From the NCBI RefSeq assembly GCF_006345805.1, contig NC_043006.1:50096001-50160000 (forward strand): a stretch of 64,000 bases of DNA. Direction: 5' to 3'. This DNA is from Octopus sinensis (Eukaryota). The position numbers and the translations under genes were made by a program. Positions 37,069 to 51,322 of this stretch are shown here, one piece after another. Below the pieces are notes generated by a model. The model made no database searches. It saw nothing but the letters and a program-made list of their open reading frames with translations, and had not been told where the DNA came from. Each line of letters begins with the position of its first letter. Positions within the stretch are counted from its first letter, which is position 1.

Positions 37069-38090
37069 CTTTTATCTTTCACTTGTTTCAGTCATTAGAC
37101 TACAACCATTTTAGAGTGCTGCCTTGAAGCAGTTTTAGTCAAACAGATCGTTCCCAGTACTTATATTTTAAAGTATGGCACTTATTCTGTCAGTTTATTT
37201 TGCTGAACCGCTAAGTCACGCGGAGATATAAAAAGACCAATACCGGTTATAGGGTGAGAAACAGACAGACACACACACATTATATATACGTATACGACGG
37301 TCTTTCACACAGTTTCTGTCTACCAATTCATTCACAAGGCATTGGTCCCTAAGGTACCACACATTGGGACTGAGCCTCAAAACAACTTAGTTGTAAAACG
37401 AACTTCTTGACCGCACAACCACGTAAGGATTTACGTGTGTCCTTGTATTATGTTATCTACATATCAATTAAAATTTTTTTGTTTTCGCTTTTCTATCTGT
37501 CACCTCACCTTTCAATGCAATTAGGCATTAAAAAAACCTAAAATAACAATAAAACGCTTATTGTCGTTTTCTATTGCCTGTCTATTGCACTATTCTGATA
37601 TATCTTGGATGATTTTTGCGATCACCGAATAAATTTCAGTTTCTCCTAATGCTAACTAAACTCATAATCTCTGTTATACTATTCTAATATATCTGATGCT
37701 TTTCGATGTCTCATTCATTCGTTTTTACTTGTCGATGAAGAAATGCAATCAGATGTTAAGTAAAAAAAAAACAACAACATACAGTATATCTTCAACAATG
37801 ATTTTTATAACACTAGGCAATGATATATATAATTTACAATCTGTTGTAAGTAAATGTGCGTGAAATGGTAGGGAAATTGTCAGAGAGTTGTGAGTTGCTT
37901 CGTCTTGCTAGCGTGGGTTTAAAGACACATAGTTCCCGGTCACAATATGAGAAATTCTTCAAAAGAGCTAAATTCCATATATGATATATTAAATCTGATT
38001 TATTTATTTAAAATATTTGGAATATTTATCAAACACAAAAAATTAACAACAAAATATAAAGTTATAAAGAAACCAGAAATATTCTGGCAA

Positions 38091-38247
38091 AGGAGTGGCT
38101 GTGTGGTTAGTAGCTTGCTTACCAACCACATGGTTCCGGGTTCAGTCCCACTGTGTGGCACTTTGGGCAAATGTCTTCTACTATACCTTCGGGCCGACCA
38201 AAGCTTTGTGAGTGGATTTGGTAGACGGAAACTGAAAGCAGCCCGTC

Positions 38248-38326
<79 letters not shown>

Positions 38327-38545
38327 TGTGTGTGTGTGTTTGTGTGTCTGTGCTTGTCCCCCCAACATCGCCTGACAACCGATGGTGGTGTGTTTACGTC
38401 CCCGTAACTTAGCGGTTCGGCAAAAGAGACCGATAGAATAAGTACTAGGCTTCCAAAGAATAAGTCCTAGGGGCGATTTGCTTGACTAAAGGCGGTGCTC
38501 CAGCATGGCTGCAGTCAAATGACTGAAACAAGTAAAAGAGTAAAA
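38091..38545 (+). mobile_element. SINE family A
   Basis: Complete head, (AT)n(GT)n tract and tail. Confidence 0.9.
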
Positions 38546-38689
38546 AAGAAAGTGTGACCGGCACTGAATGGGCCAACAACGAACTGATCAGCGATGAAGT
38601 GAGTGGCGATGAATTGAACAATGCCCTGTTATCCAAACGCCGTCGTCGTGCACCCTAATTCTCTTTTGACTCCCGCCTCCTTGCCAATG

Positions 38690-39700
38690 GGGAAGTTAGA
38701 TTTTCATGCCAAGATCTGACACCTCAACATTATCGGCTTCATTCCATATGTTTTTCCAGTCGTTTCGTATCTTCATCAAATCTTTAGGTGTTAGATACTT
38801 CTCCGTCTTGAATGATCTCGTTGAAATTATCTCTTGCAGCGGACGCATTAAATTAGAACTGATATTAAATCGTAAATAAGTTTTAGCAATCTTCATATCT
38901 TATCTTGAGTGCTCAGCTCTAAAACATGTTGCAATGCTAAACGGTTTACCGGTAAGTTGAGACAAGAATGGTTTGATACCTTCAAGGCCACCTGGCTTTT
39001 GATACACCCTCATTTTAAAGTAATTGCTAACATTTAGTAGTGTAACTAGGTAGATTACAAATCGTTTGCACTGTTTCAAAATATGACTTGCGATAAGTAC
39101 TCAGCAGAGCCATTTCTATAAAAACTGAAAATATAGTAGCCACTTGCCACACAGAAAACACTGTTCTAGTATTTTTGGTTATACTTCCTCGACATGTTGG
39201 CAGCATTATCACATACTTGCAACCTTCAGTTATTCAGATTAACTGTGTTCATTGCAGCAATCTGCAAACTTGGTAAATCTTTACTAGTACATCGTACACA
39301 TCATTTAAGTTAACATACCTAAACAGAAATAATGGGGGAGGTCTAATACTGCAGCTCGAACAAAATATCCTTTTTGCGTTTCCAGATATACCGTAAATTA
39401 AAGATGGCGGCATCAGTTTTATGTTAAAGTATAAAAATATAAATGAAGCGTATTTTTTTAAAGTAAAGCTGATATATCCACATGCAGTGGATTTTCGATT
39501 TAATTTTGTATAGAAATAATTTCCTGCATGTCAATAGTAGATTACTGAAAGCAGAAATCTTTAATTTAGTACTAAAAAGCAAAACAACAAAAATACAAGC
39601 AAGCAAACTTACAGATAAAAGCCAACAGAGAGGCATTATTGAAGACTCATATTTTGTATATTCTGATAAATTAACTGAACTAACCAAACCTATTTTAATC
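38690..39700 (-). pseudogene. Degenerate hAT (ZMYM1-like) transposase
   Basis: The minus strand gives NLNN*RLQVCDNAANMSRKYN (compare CRGQSYDNAANMSGKYN), YFETVQTICN, VSKARW (compare LSxTRW) and IRNDWKNIWNEA, with many stops and frameshifts. Confidence 0.65.
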
Positions 39701-39840
39701 TAACTTAACTTACAATAATAATAGGTTAGGGAAGGTTAAATGAGTTTATTTAGAAAAATATATAAAAAAAATTACAAATACATTTCTCTATATTGAGAGC
39801 GTATCGCATGCCAAAGATACAATTGAAGAGCATCTAAATA

Positions 39841-40799
39841 TCTCTCTCTATATAAACGGCAGTTTGTCTGTCTGTGTGGCTGTGTGTCTGTCAGGTTGTA
39901 CCCTCACCCTAACCACGGCTCTCAACCGATTCTGATGAAACTTGACACACACATAGCCCAATGTCATAATTCAAAACTAACGCAGCGAAAATTTTGAAAA
40001 GTTCCCCCAGTTCTGAAAAAAATCGATAGATTCGACATGGGGTCGAGAATCAGAAACACAAACCACAGACTGTCTAGGGGACGCAACTCGACCTTTTTAA
40101 CTCTCAACTCCATCAATATCCAGCTACTTGAAGCTATTCCTGGTGATGTCCACGTCTACAAATCTATTGATAGGACAGCAGACCCCACCGAGCTTGCCGA
40201 TTATCCTGTTGAATTCCTGAATTCACTTGAACCGCCAGGCCTGCCGCCACACATCCTGAAGTTAAAAGTCGGTGCGCCCATTATGCTCATCAGGAATTTG
40301 GTTCCACCTAAACGGTACAACGGCACACGTCTGGTTGTGAAACATTTGCCACCACGTTTAATAACGGCCACAATACTTACCGATTGTGGGAAGGGAGAGG
40401 ACGTCTTCATTCATGCATGCACCTTCAACCGTCGGGCGCTGACCTACCAATCCACTTCAGGCGTTCTCAGTTTCCTGTTAAACTCTGCTTCGCAATGTTC
40501 ATCAATAAATCCCAAGACCAAACGCTACAAGTCGCTGGGTTACAGTTGGGCGACAAGTGCTTCGCCCACGGTCAACTCTACGTGGGCTGTTTCACGCGTT
40601 GGGAGGCGCAATGATGTTTTCATGTTTTCGCCCAAAGGGACAGCTAGGAACATCGTATACACAGAAGTATTCGAGTGAAGAGAAGACATTGCAACCTAAC
40701 ATGCGCCTTTCCTCCCTAGAGGGAAAGGACTAGATTGGGATTAGTCGTTGCCAACTAGGGGCTCTCACATACCCGGGCAACGCCGAACTATGCTGCTAG
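39841..40799 (+). mobile_element. Non-autonomous Helitron (959 bp) retaining a PIF1-like helicase C-terminus
   Basis: A^TC...cccgggcaacgccg...CTAG^T termini. 40090-40675 encodes YPVEFLNSLEPPGLPPHILKLKVGAPIMLIRNL...NGTRL...FAMFINKSQDQTL...HGQLYVG, with frameshifts. Confidence 0.9.
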
Positions 40800-41129
40800 T
40801 ATATACGTATAAAGATGGTAATAATTTATTTATGTACTTTTTTTTTATTGAAAGCCCTACCTTTGACGTTTAGGGAATTCTGTGCTCTAATTAAATAAAT
40901 TAATTATTTTTTCTTGCAGTAATGCCGACACACAGTGTTTATAAATTCAAGAGGTGACTGATGACGCTTAGATTATGTTATTTCATGATTAATGGATTCG
41001 GATTCGAATTCGTCCATTCTTATTTTTTCTTGTGTTTGTGTGCGTGTGTGTGTGTGTGTGTGTGGGGGGAGATAGAGTACACACACACACACACACACAT
41101 ATATATTTATCTACAAGATTGATTGGCAC

Positions 41130-41225
41130 CTTGGGAGATTGTCTTCTGCTATAGCCTCGGGCCGATCAAAGCCTTGTGAGTGAATTTGGTAGACAGAAAC
41201 TGAAAGAAGCCCGTCGTGTATATGT

Positions 41226-41276
<51 letters not shown>

Positions 41277-41517
41277 GTATATGTATGTATGTATGTATGT
41301 GTGTGTATATGTTTGTGGTCTGTGTTTGTCCCCCCCCCAACATCGCTTGACAACCGATGTGATGTGTTTACGTCCCCGTAACTTAGCGGTTCGGCAAAAA
41401 TAGACGATAGAATAAGTACTAGGCTTACAAAGAATAAGTCCTGGGGTCGATGTGCTCGACTAAAGGCGGTGCTCCAGCATGGCCGCAGTCAAATGACTGA
41501 ACAAGTAAAAGAGTAAA

Positions 41518-41520
<3 letters not shown>
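41130..41520 (+). mobile_element. SINE family A (5'-truncated)
   Basis: Begins at ggcaccttggg; tail intact with CpGs retained. Confidence 0.85.
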
Positions 41521-41566
<46 letters not shown>

Positions 41567-42044
41567 GGATTACATACTGAAGAGAAAAGGAATTATGGGA
41601 CTTCTATATACACACAGCCATTACCTATTCTTACAAAAAATTTCACCATGGATTTATCGTATTTTTATCAAAATTCTTAGTCCAAATTTATACCAATATA
41701 GATCTATACCAATTACTTTTTAAAGAAAACCTTTATCATACGATTTTAAATAGCATCTCTATCATTCGATTTATTACACTAAAATTCAACCTTTTCTCTG
41801 ACGCGTGGATATACTTCATAATAATGGTTATCAACTTTGGATTTCATTTCGAAAGGTGGTATATTCATGAAACGATAGTAAGATCTCCCAAATCTTTTTA
41901 AATGATCATAGTTATACTTTTTATAAAATTTTTTATTAATACACATTGTTTATATTATGGACTTATCTCGACTGATTTTTATGAAATAGTTTTTTTGCTT
42001 TTTCTCTCTAATATATATATATATATATATATAGATATATATAT

Positions 42045-42087
<43 letters not shown>

Positions 42088-42236
42088 TATATATTATGTA
42101 TATGTATATGTATATATATGCACACATGATGTATATATATATATATATATATTATATATATTACACATACATACACACATACCATGATTGATCGCTAAAT
42201 CCACAAGTTTTTATTCTCTGTTCATTTTCTCGTGTT

Positions 42237-42273
42237 CTTTTCTGTTGAAGAGCGTAGGCTCGAAACGTAAAAG
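42237..42273 (+). ncRNA. Hammerhead-like motif (CUGUUGA variant) in a Penelope-like fragment
   Basis: ctttt-CTGTTGA-a-gagc(gtag)gctc-GAAA-cg-TA-aaag. Confidence 0.45.
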
Positions 42274-43009
42274 ACTTCTTCACATTCCCGAGCGTCAAAC
42301 TAATACACTTTCTTGTTGTTTATACATCTAATTAGAGGCCTCCCGCTTTGGTTATTGTTGTTAATGTTTTTATTAGTCTCTGGTTAAGCTTGATTGAGCA
42401 GATTTGTGCTCGGAGACTGGTGTACTTGTGATCAATTTGTCTTCCCTTGCACAGTGTACACATTTTATCCACCGTTTAATTGATTCTATCATTTGATGTT
42501 TTCATGCCACCACCACCACCACCACCATAACCACCACCACCACCATCACGAACAACAACAACACCAGTATCCACCTAGTCTTCCTAATAACATTAATGAT
42601 TTCAAACATAGGCCACATACTTTTTTAGGGAGGTGATGAGGGAGAAGTCCAGAGTAGATTCAATGAAGCCCGGTACTTGGCTAGCACAAAATTCATGCCA
42701 TGGAAAGATGAAAGACCAAAGTAACCTGAGTGAAGGGTTTAAACTCAAATATAAAGTTCTTTAGTTATATGTAAAGAACCATAACTAAATTTTTGCAAGG
42801 CATTTTATCTGACCCTTTATTAAATGGATCATCTAATGCCTTTATGCTATTTAGTTCCCTAATAGTAATAATTACAAAAGTAAAAAAAAAAATGAATAAA
42901 AAAATAATTAGTAAAAATTGCAAACCTTTAAAAATCTAACATGAAAATCAATCAGCATCTAAAGAACACGTCTTGTTTTCTATTATCCTACTTTAGATAA
43001 GTGAGTGAG

Positions 43010-43094
<85 letters not shown>

Positions 43095-43344
43095 TAAAGA
43101 GAGAGAGAGAGAGAGAGAGAGAAAACGAGAGAGAAAGAGAGTTTTTTCCTTCAAGCAAAAAAAAAAAAAAGAAGACAGTCTTTTCTCATCTTTTAGATAA
43201 AATAACAATCACTAAATGAATATGTAAATCAGTAAGTAGATAAGATAAAGTTTTAAAAAATAATAAAATAATGCAATGAAATATATTATGGCTTCCACAC
43301 TAAATTCGTCAGATGTGGCAACTACAAATACGCACATATAGACG

Positions 43345-43409
<65 letters not shown>

Positions 43410-43604
43410 TATATCTATATATATATATGTATATATGTATATATGTATATGCATATATATACAAAACACACATGCATACAAACATATACATAAATTGTAT
43501 ATACGTACACATACTCATGCTTACATATGTACAAATACATACTATACCCATACACGTACATACAAACGCACACGCATACAGATATATATTTACATATATA
43601 AATG

Positions 43605-43643
<39 letters not shown>

Positions 43644-43878
43644 CGTGCGTTTCTGCTTGTTTCGGTCATTGGAGTGTGGCCATGCTGGGGCACCGCCTTG
43701 AAGAATATAATCGAACAAATCCACCTCTGTACTTATTAATTTTTAAAAGACTGGTACTAATTCTATTAGTCGCTTTTGCCGAACCGCTACATACGAGATA
43801 CGTAAGCAACCAGCACCGGTTAGTTACGGATAAAAACATACACACACATACACACCACGCACACAACTATATGCAAAT

Positions 43879-43910
<32 letters not shown>

Positions 43911-44153
43911 ATATGTGTGTGTGTGAGTGTGTGTGTGTGTGTGTGTGTTGTGTGTGCGTGTGTGTGTTGTGTGTGTGTGTGTGTGTGCGTGCGTGTGTGT
44001 GTGTACAGAACTAATACTGTATCCCTTCTTCTATAGCCTTCAGCTTCATTGTCAGAAAAATACTTCCCGCCTATCCAGCTACCGATTTTCTACAAAACCC
44101 AAATAAATTTCACAAGAGAATAATTCTCTGCCTTATGTGAAATACTGTTGCAA

Positions 44154-44192
<39 letters not shown>

Positions 44193-45443
44193 CACACACA
44201 CAACACACACACACACACCACACAAGCATTTCAGAATACATCCCAAAAGAAATCCGCCCAATCGGTAGGTAAAAAACATCCTCTGGCGCAGAGACGCATG
44301 GTCTCTTCACTTTGACTATTAGACTGGTACAACAAGCACCTTTGAATTAGCTAGCTGAAAATGAACACCATCTACGTTACTTGACCCACCAGCTTCTTCT
44401 GATCTTGTCACCTATGCAGTGCTCTTACAACCACCGACTGCTGTATCCAATACATCCTTTCAGAGCGTGAATCGTCAAGAAAATCTTTCCTGCCCACCTT
44501 TCTCCTGCAGATGTCGACTTGCAACTAAGTTATTCAAAAGAGCAAAAGCCATTGTTATAGCAATCAAAGAGGAGAAGTGAGGAGATCGTGCGTCTGCGAA
44601 CCAGAGAAAGTCGCACGTTGTGAATGAGTCTTCGATTGTCGATCAGATGATTTTCTTTTGTATGCAATCTGGGATGTTTGTGTGTGTTTGTGTACATGTG
44701 TGCGTGTATGAGTGCGTATGTGTGTGCATGTGTGTATGTCTGTGTGTGCATGTGCATGTGTGTGTACGTATGTGTGTGTGTGTGTGTGTAGTTACAAGAT
44801 TTCCCTCATATGCGGTAAATATTGAAACAGGACAGAAACCATATTAATCTAACACTCTAGTAGGACTTCCGAAGACCATTACCCGTTCTCCCTAACTAAA
44901 GCACACTCAAAAGTTCTATATTTTATACAAAGCACACTAGCACCTATACACACACACACATACACACATATATACATATACACGCACCAAATTAGGTATA
45001 ACAGCTTCTCTTCGAATGTGACTTTTTACTGCCAAATTAACATGGCAAAAAAGCTACAATTCTTTTGCAAACACCCAATTACCAACATTAAACATACATT
45101 CAAATATCAAGGAGACAAAACAAAAACACATCACCACAAACTATATTTTATACTATGCTATACGAAATCAGTAAAAAGTCTCCACGAAACCATTTCCCTC
45201 AAGAGACTGAATCATATTCTACGAATTGTGAATCTGCTTCTTGGTGGAAAGTAATTGTCTATAAAAGCATGCAAACGTTAACAACACTTAAAAATAAAAT
45301 GAAAAATATGAAAAACGAAATCATCTTTTGTGAGCAACATTTATGATGATGTACTTTCACATCTTCAAAGGATACCTGGGAGGTGGCAGTTGAATAACTA
45401 TGAATGCTGCCATAATCGCAAGCGGACGACAGCAGTAACATCG

Positions 45444-45502
<59 letters not shown>

Positions 45503-45507
45503 CATAC

Positions 45508-45543
<36 letters not shown>

Positions 45544-45593
45544 TATATACATAGTCAGACATACACACATATGTACGTACATACATACATACA

Positions 45594-45694
<101 letters not shown>

Positions 45695-46188
45695 GCGTAT
45701 ATATATATGTGAATATATGTTTGCATATATGCATGTCAGTGCGTATATTTTGACTTATGCGTGCCTAATGCAAAGAGTATAACATTCGTATGTGCATATG
45801 GAAATAGATATATATCCTATCGGCTAAATTTTGGGTATGTTTTTACATATTTTGGGGTTCCATCAATGACTTGTAATTTTCTGTGTATGTATATTTGCAT
45901 GCATATACATGCATACATACATACATACATACACACCTACAAACATACATACATCCATGCATGCTTAACTGCATACATACCGACATACATACAGACATAC
46001 ATACATACATACATACATACATACATACATACATACATACATACATACATACATACATACATAGTACATGAGCAACGACTTTCACCATGTATTTGTGACG
46101 GGTTAACTACCACGTTATACACACACATCATCTCCCTTTCTCACTCTCTCTCACTCACTCACACCTCACCCCACACGCACACACATAT

Positions 46189-46226
<38 letters not shown>

Positions 46227-46523
46227 ATATGCGTATGTACATGCATCCATACACTGATATTCAGAAAATGTATGCACACATACATTCACACATAAATATA
46301 CACAAAACTACGTACATGCACACAGATATACATACATGTACACACAGAACATTGCACTTAAATGCATATATTCAAGTACAATTCATACAAACAGCATTGA
46401 TTGGTCGGCAATCCTCGAGCTGAGTACACGTACGATCGTTAGCAGATAGGAATATGCAAATACATATGATAAAATATATAAGCATAAACCCAAGGGAGTT
46501 GTAAAGGAATAAAGAAACGCACT

Positions 46524-46568
<45 letters not shown>

Positions 46569-46840
46569 ACGCACACGCACACTCACACACACATACACGC
46601 ACACACATACAAGCATTCACACATACACGCGTACACAAAAACACATTCTAATTGGATATGAATGCAGCATTAACAGCCCAAGGAAAGACTTCCCATGTTT
46701 GAATATTCGGCACGCGCACACACATACACACGCACACACACACACATACACACACAAACCAGAAATCAGCCGTAATATACATAATAGTAATATTATGTCC
46801 GTCTCTTATTCCCCTCCTTCCATTCGTGCATTTTTACTTT

Positions 46841-46882
<42 letters not shown>

Positions 46883-47219
46883 AATGCATGTGAGTGAGTG
46901 TAAGCATATATATGTACACACACACACACACACACACGCACAGGTAAAATAGACTAATGGAAAGAGGAAGGCAAGAGTGGGATAGGTGGATGATGCGAAA
47001 AGTTACAAGAGATGGGCAAAAATTCAGAAAGTGATGAACAAAATGTAAATACACAGGCACACAAAATATAAATAAAAATTGGGCACAACGAGGACTATGG
47101 CCTCCAAATTGGAAAAACGGGAAAAAAAAGACGGATGTTTCGGGCGAATGCTTTATCAAATAAGAAGCAATGTGAAAGAAACAGGAAACGATATCTATGT
47201 GTATCATTCTACTACATGC

Positions 47220-47523
47220 TAGTGCTTCCCAAAGTGGGCAGTAATGTGCCCCTAGGGGGCAGAGGAAAGTTCCAATGGGGCGTTGAAGAAAAGTGGGGTG
47301 ATAATGAGGAAGCGATGTATGTTGGGCGATAATGGGGTAGTGATTTGTGTAAAAACAACAAAATAATGGGTTTATTAGGTTAAGTTTTATCTGTGAAATA
47401 CAGTTGCTTTAAATTTGCTTCAGTAAGAGGTCTATGTTTGTTATGGCTAGTTGGGGTGGGGGCGCTAGGAATGTGGCCAGGGGGTCAAGGGGGCAGCAGC
47501 CCGAAAAAGTTTGGGAACCACAA
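47220..47523. mobile_element. hAT/Charlie-like MITE
   Basis: Imperfect TIRs tagtgcttcccaaagt / agtttgggaaccacaa, resembling CAGTGGTTCCCAAAC ends. No clear TSD. Confidence 0.55.
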
Positions 47524-48243
47524 GAGTGTGTGTGTATATATATGTATTGTGTATGCATGCATGAATGTATGTATGTATGTATGTATGTATGTATGTATGT
47601 ATGTATGTATGTATGTATGTACGTATGTATGTATGTATGTATGTATGTATGTAGTATGTATGTATGTATGCATGTGTGCACGTATGTATGTTTGTATGTG
47701 CGTGCATGTGTGTGTGTGTGAGCATGTATGTGTATATGTGTGAGATCACTTTTGTGATCTCTTATGAGCGCCACTGATAATATGGAATCCAATATAACCT
47801 GTTGCATTGTAGGGTTGCCGGCGAGTAAACCACCTGCTTGGTGAGAAGGGATGCTAGAAAGCCAAAAAGACTAAAAACAAGACTTTTTAAAAGAACGGAT
47901 GGACCTAGCAGTAGTACAGACTCTCAGAAATTCCGGGCTGGTTTCCGGTGGGCTGGGAGAAAACTGGGAGTGATGCCCCCCACCCACCCCGTCAGTTTTT
48001 ATTACAGTATATTGTTAAGACAAGGTCATTCTGATATACAACCAGACATGCAGGCAATGTCATTGGACATTTTGAGGGTCTTTTGCTTGCTTAATCTCTT
48101 CATAGGGAGAAAGAACATACCTTTAGATATTTTGTTTTACTTATTTGAGTCGTCACGGCAGACTTGCCGTAACGACAACAGCAGCAGCAGCAGCAACAAC
48201 AACAACAACAATAATAATAATAATAATAATAAGAAGAAGAAGA

Positions 48244-48665
48244 AGAAATTAAGGCCAACAGACCAGATATAGTTGTCAGAGATCATGAAGAAAAAAAATG
48301 CCTTCTAATTGATGTATCAATACCGGCAGATGACAAGTGTCTCTAAAGAAATGGAGAAACTCTCAAAATACAAAGACCTGGAATAGAGGTAACTAGAATG
48401 TGGAACCTGAAAACAGAAACAATTCCTATCATAGTAGGTGCATTAGGCATGATAAAAAATATTCAGACAATACATAACAAAAACACCAGGACTTACAACA
48501 CATATAACATACAGAAAATTGCACTACTAGGTACTGCACACATCCTACGCAGAACACTTTCCATACAATAACCATCAGAGCATCACAACAAATCACAGCA
48601 CATACCCAAGGCACACAGAGCTGCGCTCGGTAGTGAAGTGAAAGCACGCTATAAAAATAAAACTA

Positions 48666-48668
<3 letters not shown>
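48244..48668 (+). mobile_element. R4/Dong-like RLE retrotransposon 3' end (train member 1)
   Basis: NRPDIVVRDHEEKKCLLIDVSIPADD...KLSKYKDLE...IPIIVGALG...LGTAHILRRTLS, a short 3' UTR, then (AAT)n. Confidence 0.85.
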
Positions 48669-48718
<50 letters not shown>

Positions 48719-49093
48719 TAATAATAATAATAATGATAATAATGAAAATAATAATAATAATAATAATAACAACAATAATAATAATAATAATGATAATAAT
48801 AATAATAATGATAATAATAATAATTATAACAACAACAACAACAACAACAATAATAATAATAATAATAATAATATTAATAATAATATTAATAATAATATTA
48901 ATAATAGTAGTAGTAGTAGTAGTAGTAATAGTAATAGTAATAGTAATAGTAGTAGTAATAATAATAATAATATTAATAATAATATAAATAGTAATAATAA
49001 TAGTAGTAGTAGTAGTATTAATAGTAATAGTAATAATAATAATAATAATAGTAGTAGTAGTAGTTGTAATATTAATAGTAATAGTAATAGTAA

Positions 49094-49125
<32 letters not shown>

Positions 49126-49188
49126 ATAATAATAATAATAATAATAGTAGTAGTAGTAGCAGTTGTAGTAATATTAATAGTAATAGTT

Positions 49189-49248
<60 letters not shown>

Positions 49249-49280
49249 TAATGATAATAATAACAATAATAATAATAATA
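48669..49280. repeat. About 610-bp compound (AAT/AGT/AAC/GAT)n microsatellite
   Basis: Read directly from the sequence; it is the source of the poly-Ile ORF artefacts. Confidence 0.95.
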
Positions 49281-50255
49281 AGAGTAGCCGAAATCTGCTG
49301 CAAAGAAAATAAAATTAAATGCAAAGACAAAAGCACATGAAAAATTAGCTAGCAGATGGAAACAGAAACCTCCGCATGGCAAGTATGCGGCTCGTAGCAA
49401 ACAAGCTGACGTCGACCAAACACACATGCATCAATGGTTACGAAGCTCAGGGCTAAAAGCAGACAGCGAAGATTTCATATTAGCTGCTCAAGACCAAAGC
49501 TTATTAACCCGGAACTACCAAGCCAATGTGATAAAAAATGAAGCTGACCCAAAATGCCGATTCTGTAACGATGAGATTGAAACTATAGACCACCTAATCT
49601 CACTTGTAGAATCTTAGCACCTGTAGAATATAAAGCAAGACATGACAGAGTTGGCCAGTATTTACATTGGACAATATGTCGGCATTATAAAATCATCTTG
49701 AAGCTGTGATTGAGGGAGAAAATGTGTCGATTCTATGGGACTTCCCCGTACATACCGACAAAACTATAAAAGATAATAAACCGGATATTATTATAAAAGA
49801 TCAGTCAAAAAAGGTGTGTTTATTAATTGCCATGAATATTCCTTGCGATCACAATATAGCAGCGACAGAATTTGACAAGATCAGTAAATACAAAGACTTG
49901 CTAATAGAAATTGAAAAAATGTGGCTTCTCAAGGCGACTACAGTACCAGTGATTGTAGGATCTCTAGGAATGATAAAAAAAGGTACTGAAACCTATTTGA
50001 AAATGATATTAGGCTTACCATCCCTACAGGAAATGCAAAAAATCGTGTCAACTGGAACGACTCATGTACTGAGAAGAGCATTATTGCTGTGAAAACAACA
50101 TCTATTCATGAATTTATTTATTAATTAATTTTTTTAAATACATATTTTATCTGTGAATTTGTGTGTGTAATCTGGGATTGCATACAATGAGCTTCTCTGC
50201 TCTAGGTGTACGGAAAGCACTCGGCGAGAAACGGAAGAAAATTTGAAGAAGGAAA
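49281..50255 (+). mobile_element. R4/Dong-like RLE retrotransposon 3' end (train member 2)
   Basis: WKQKPPHGKY...ILAAQDQSLLTRNY...CRFCNDEIETIDHLIS...KPDIIIKD...DKISKYKDL...VIVGSLG...TGTTHVLRRAL. Confidence 0.88.
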
Positions 50256-50306
50256 GAAAACAACAACAACAACAGCAACAACGACAACAACAACAACAAC
50301 AACAAC

Positions 50307-50356
<50 letters not shown>

Positions 50357-50359
<3 letters not shown>

Positions 50360-51100
50360 AATAAAATGAAACCATTGATCATGTTGTCTCCAAGTGCAGT
50401 CTTCTTGCACCTACAGAGTATCTCAACAGGCATGATGGAGCTGCACAATATATTCACTGGGTAATTTTTAAAAGCCTGGACTTGTCCCATGATTAGAACT
50501 GGTGGGAACACAAACCACCTTCAGTGCTTGAAAATGACCACACCTCACTTCTCTGGAACTTCACCATTCAAACTGACGGAAAGATAGATGCGAATAGGCC
50601 AGACATCATATTGAAAGACTTCAGACAAAAATCATGCTTCCTCATTGATATGACTGTCCCAATCGATATAAGCGTATCTGTCAAGACCTACCAAAAACTG
50701 AGCAAATATAAAGATCTTGAAATAGAAATTAGCAAAATGTGGAACCTGAAGACTAAAACAATACCTGTTGTCATAGGTGCCCTGGGAATGATAGTAAAAG
50801 GGGCTGATTGCTACCTAGCTCAGATACCAGGAAACCCCAAAATGGCAGAAATTCAAAAGATAGTGCTCATGGGAACTGCTCATATCCTACGCAAAATACT
50901 TTCTATGTAATCTCAAGTTTTAAAACAAACACAATTTTCTTATGGTTTCTTAAACATTCTCTAGAACAACACTATGTACAAAACCAAATATATGGTATCC
51001 TAAGCATAACACCAACATGAATTTCTAGCTTGTTGTCTCTTGAGGCCTCTGGGTGAGACTTGGAGCCAACTTGTACAAATGTAAAGCAAAAGTCAAACAT
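50357..51100 (+). mobile_element. R4/Dong-like RLE retrotransposon 3' end (train member 3)
   Basis: ETIDHVVSKC...RHD...LLWNFTIQTDGKIDANRPDIILKD...KLSKYKDLEIEI...GTAHILRKILSM*, with (AAT)n on both sides. Confidence 0.9.
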
Positions 51101-51102
51101 AA

Positions 51103-51179
<77 letters not shown>

Positions 51180-51271
51180 TAATAATAATAATAATGATAA
51201 TGATGATGATGATAATAATAATAATGATAATAATAATAATAATAATTATAATAATAATAATAATAATAATG

Positions 51272-51320
<49 letters not shown>

Positions 51321-51322
<2 letters not shown>

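Noticed and set aside
47838-48180. 144-aa ORF upstream of the retrotransposon train as a LINE 5' region
   Set aside because: No endonuclease, RT or zinc-finger motif, and the ORF ends in a microsatellite.
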